A DNA stretch of 61,221 bases, counting the filler, from Squatina squatina (lineage: Eukaryota): NCBI GenBank assembly GCA_031763465.1. It is 3 parts of 3 records of this genome, joined end to end, with 100 filler letters (N's around TTAATTAATTAA, not from the genome) between each part and the next. Parts side by side here need not be neighbours in the genome. Positions count along the whole stretch, not along the records: positions 45,092 to 61,221 come from JARFOE010000115.1; 2 more parts are not named here. One strand, written 5' to 3'. Positions 60,898 through 61,221 of the stretch are shown in pieces. Position 1 is the first letter of the stretch. The number at the start of each line of letters is the position of its first letter. Made by a program: the position numbers and the translations under genes. Under the pieces are notes generated by a model. It was not told the origin of the DNA. It saw only the letters and a program-made list of their open reading frames with translations, and did not search any database.

Positions 60898-61221
60898 TTA
60901 CCGACGATGCCTGCCGTGCCCTGAGTGACTACTGCTGTGATGCTTGCTTTTATGGGATCTTTCATAAGATCGCGATCGCTCATGTCTATCCCTATGATGC
61001 TCTTTGTCATGCCGTCGTTTCTTCACAGGGTCACAGTGGTCCCTAGATTTACTACGAGTGCGTGATCTACTGTGGGATTTCTTCCTCTTGTGACCATGCC
61101 TAACAGAAATCTTGGTTTCCTCACTGCGATGAGGTTTTGACTTGATGTGTGGCGATGTGTGATTGTGACGTCGACGAGGGGACATACTGCGACTATGGGA
61201 TCTGCTTCTTGATCTGGAACT
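60898..61221 (-). CDS. CCNL1: Cyclin L1 terminal exon, RS domain (5' part outside the window)
   Basis: Peptide SPRRRHNHTSPHIK..RHGHKRKKS..ERSRSYERSHKSKHH...HSGHGRHRR* matches the recalled CCNL1 C-terminus; convergent with LEKR1 as in human. Confidence 0.95.
   Translation of the reverse strand, partial: SSRSRSRSHSRSMSPRRRHNHTSPHIKSKPHRSEETKISVRHGHKRKKSHSRSRTRSKSRDHCDPVKKRRHDKEHHRDRHERSRSYERSHKSKHHSSSHSGHGRHRR

Overview
This is eukaryotic, vertebrate genomic DNA, most likely from a shark or other cartilaginous fish (inferred from the Deu-domain SacSINE1-type SINEs and CR1, L2, Penelope and Harbinger repeats). It is a very fragmented assembly of about 0.3-2.5 kb contigs joined by 100-N and 10-N gaps. 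Two artificial N44-TTAATTAATTAA-N44 linkers (22680-22779, 44992-45091) split it into three unrelated scaffolds. Scaffold 1 carries isolated exons of AAK1, ANTXR1, ARHGAP25, CDS2, R3HCC1, ENTPD4, SLC25A37 and NEFM. Scaffold 2 carries an integrin alpha (probably ITGA2B) and FAM171A2. Scaffold 3 carries a decayed Harbinger transposon, LEKR1 and the last exon of CCNL1. Gene names come from my recall of the human orthologue peptides plus splice signals read directly from the sequence; no database search was run. Most ORFs in the supplied track are spurious (gap-spanning, repeat-derived or antisense shadows). I cannot support a wholly new biological system here. The best leads are: (1) a CUG-initiated R3HCC1 with an in-frame stop just upstream; (2) degenerate hammerhead-ribozyme cores in Penelope-derived repeats; (3) conserved tandem splice donors in ENTPD4; (4) a GC donor in ARHGAP25; (5) a palindromic 27-bp satellite fused into an SLC25A37 exon; (6) an orphan long hairpin next to a candidate exon.
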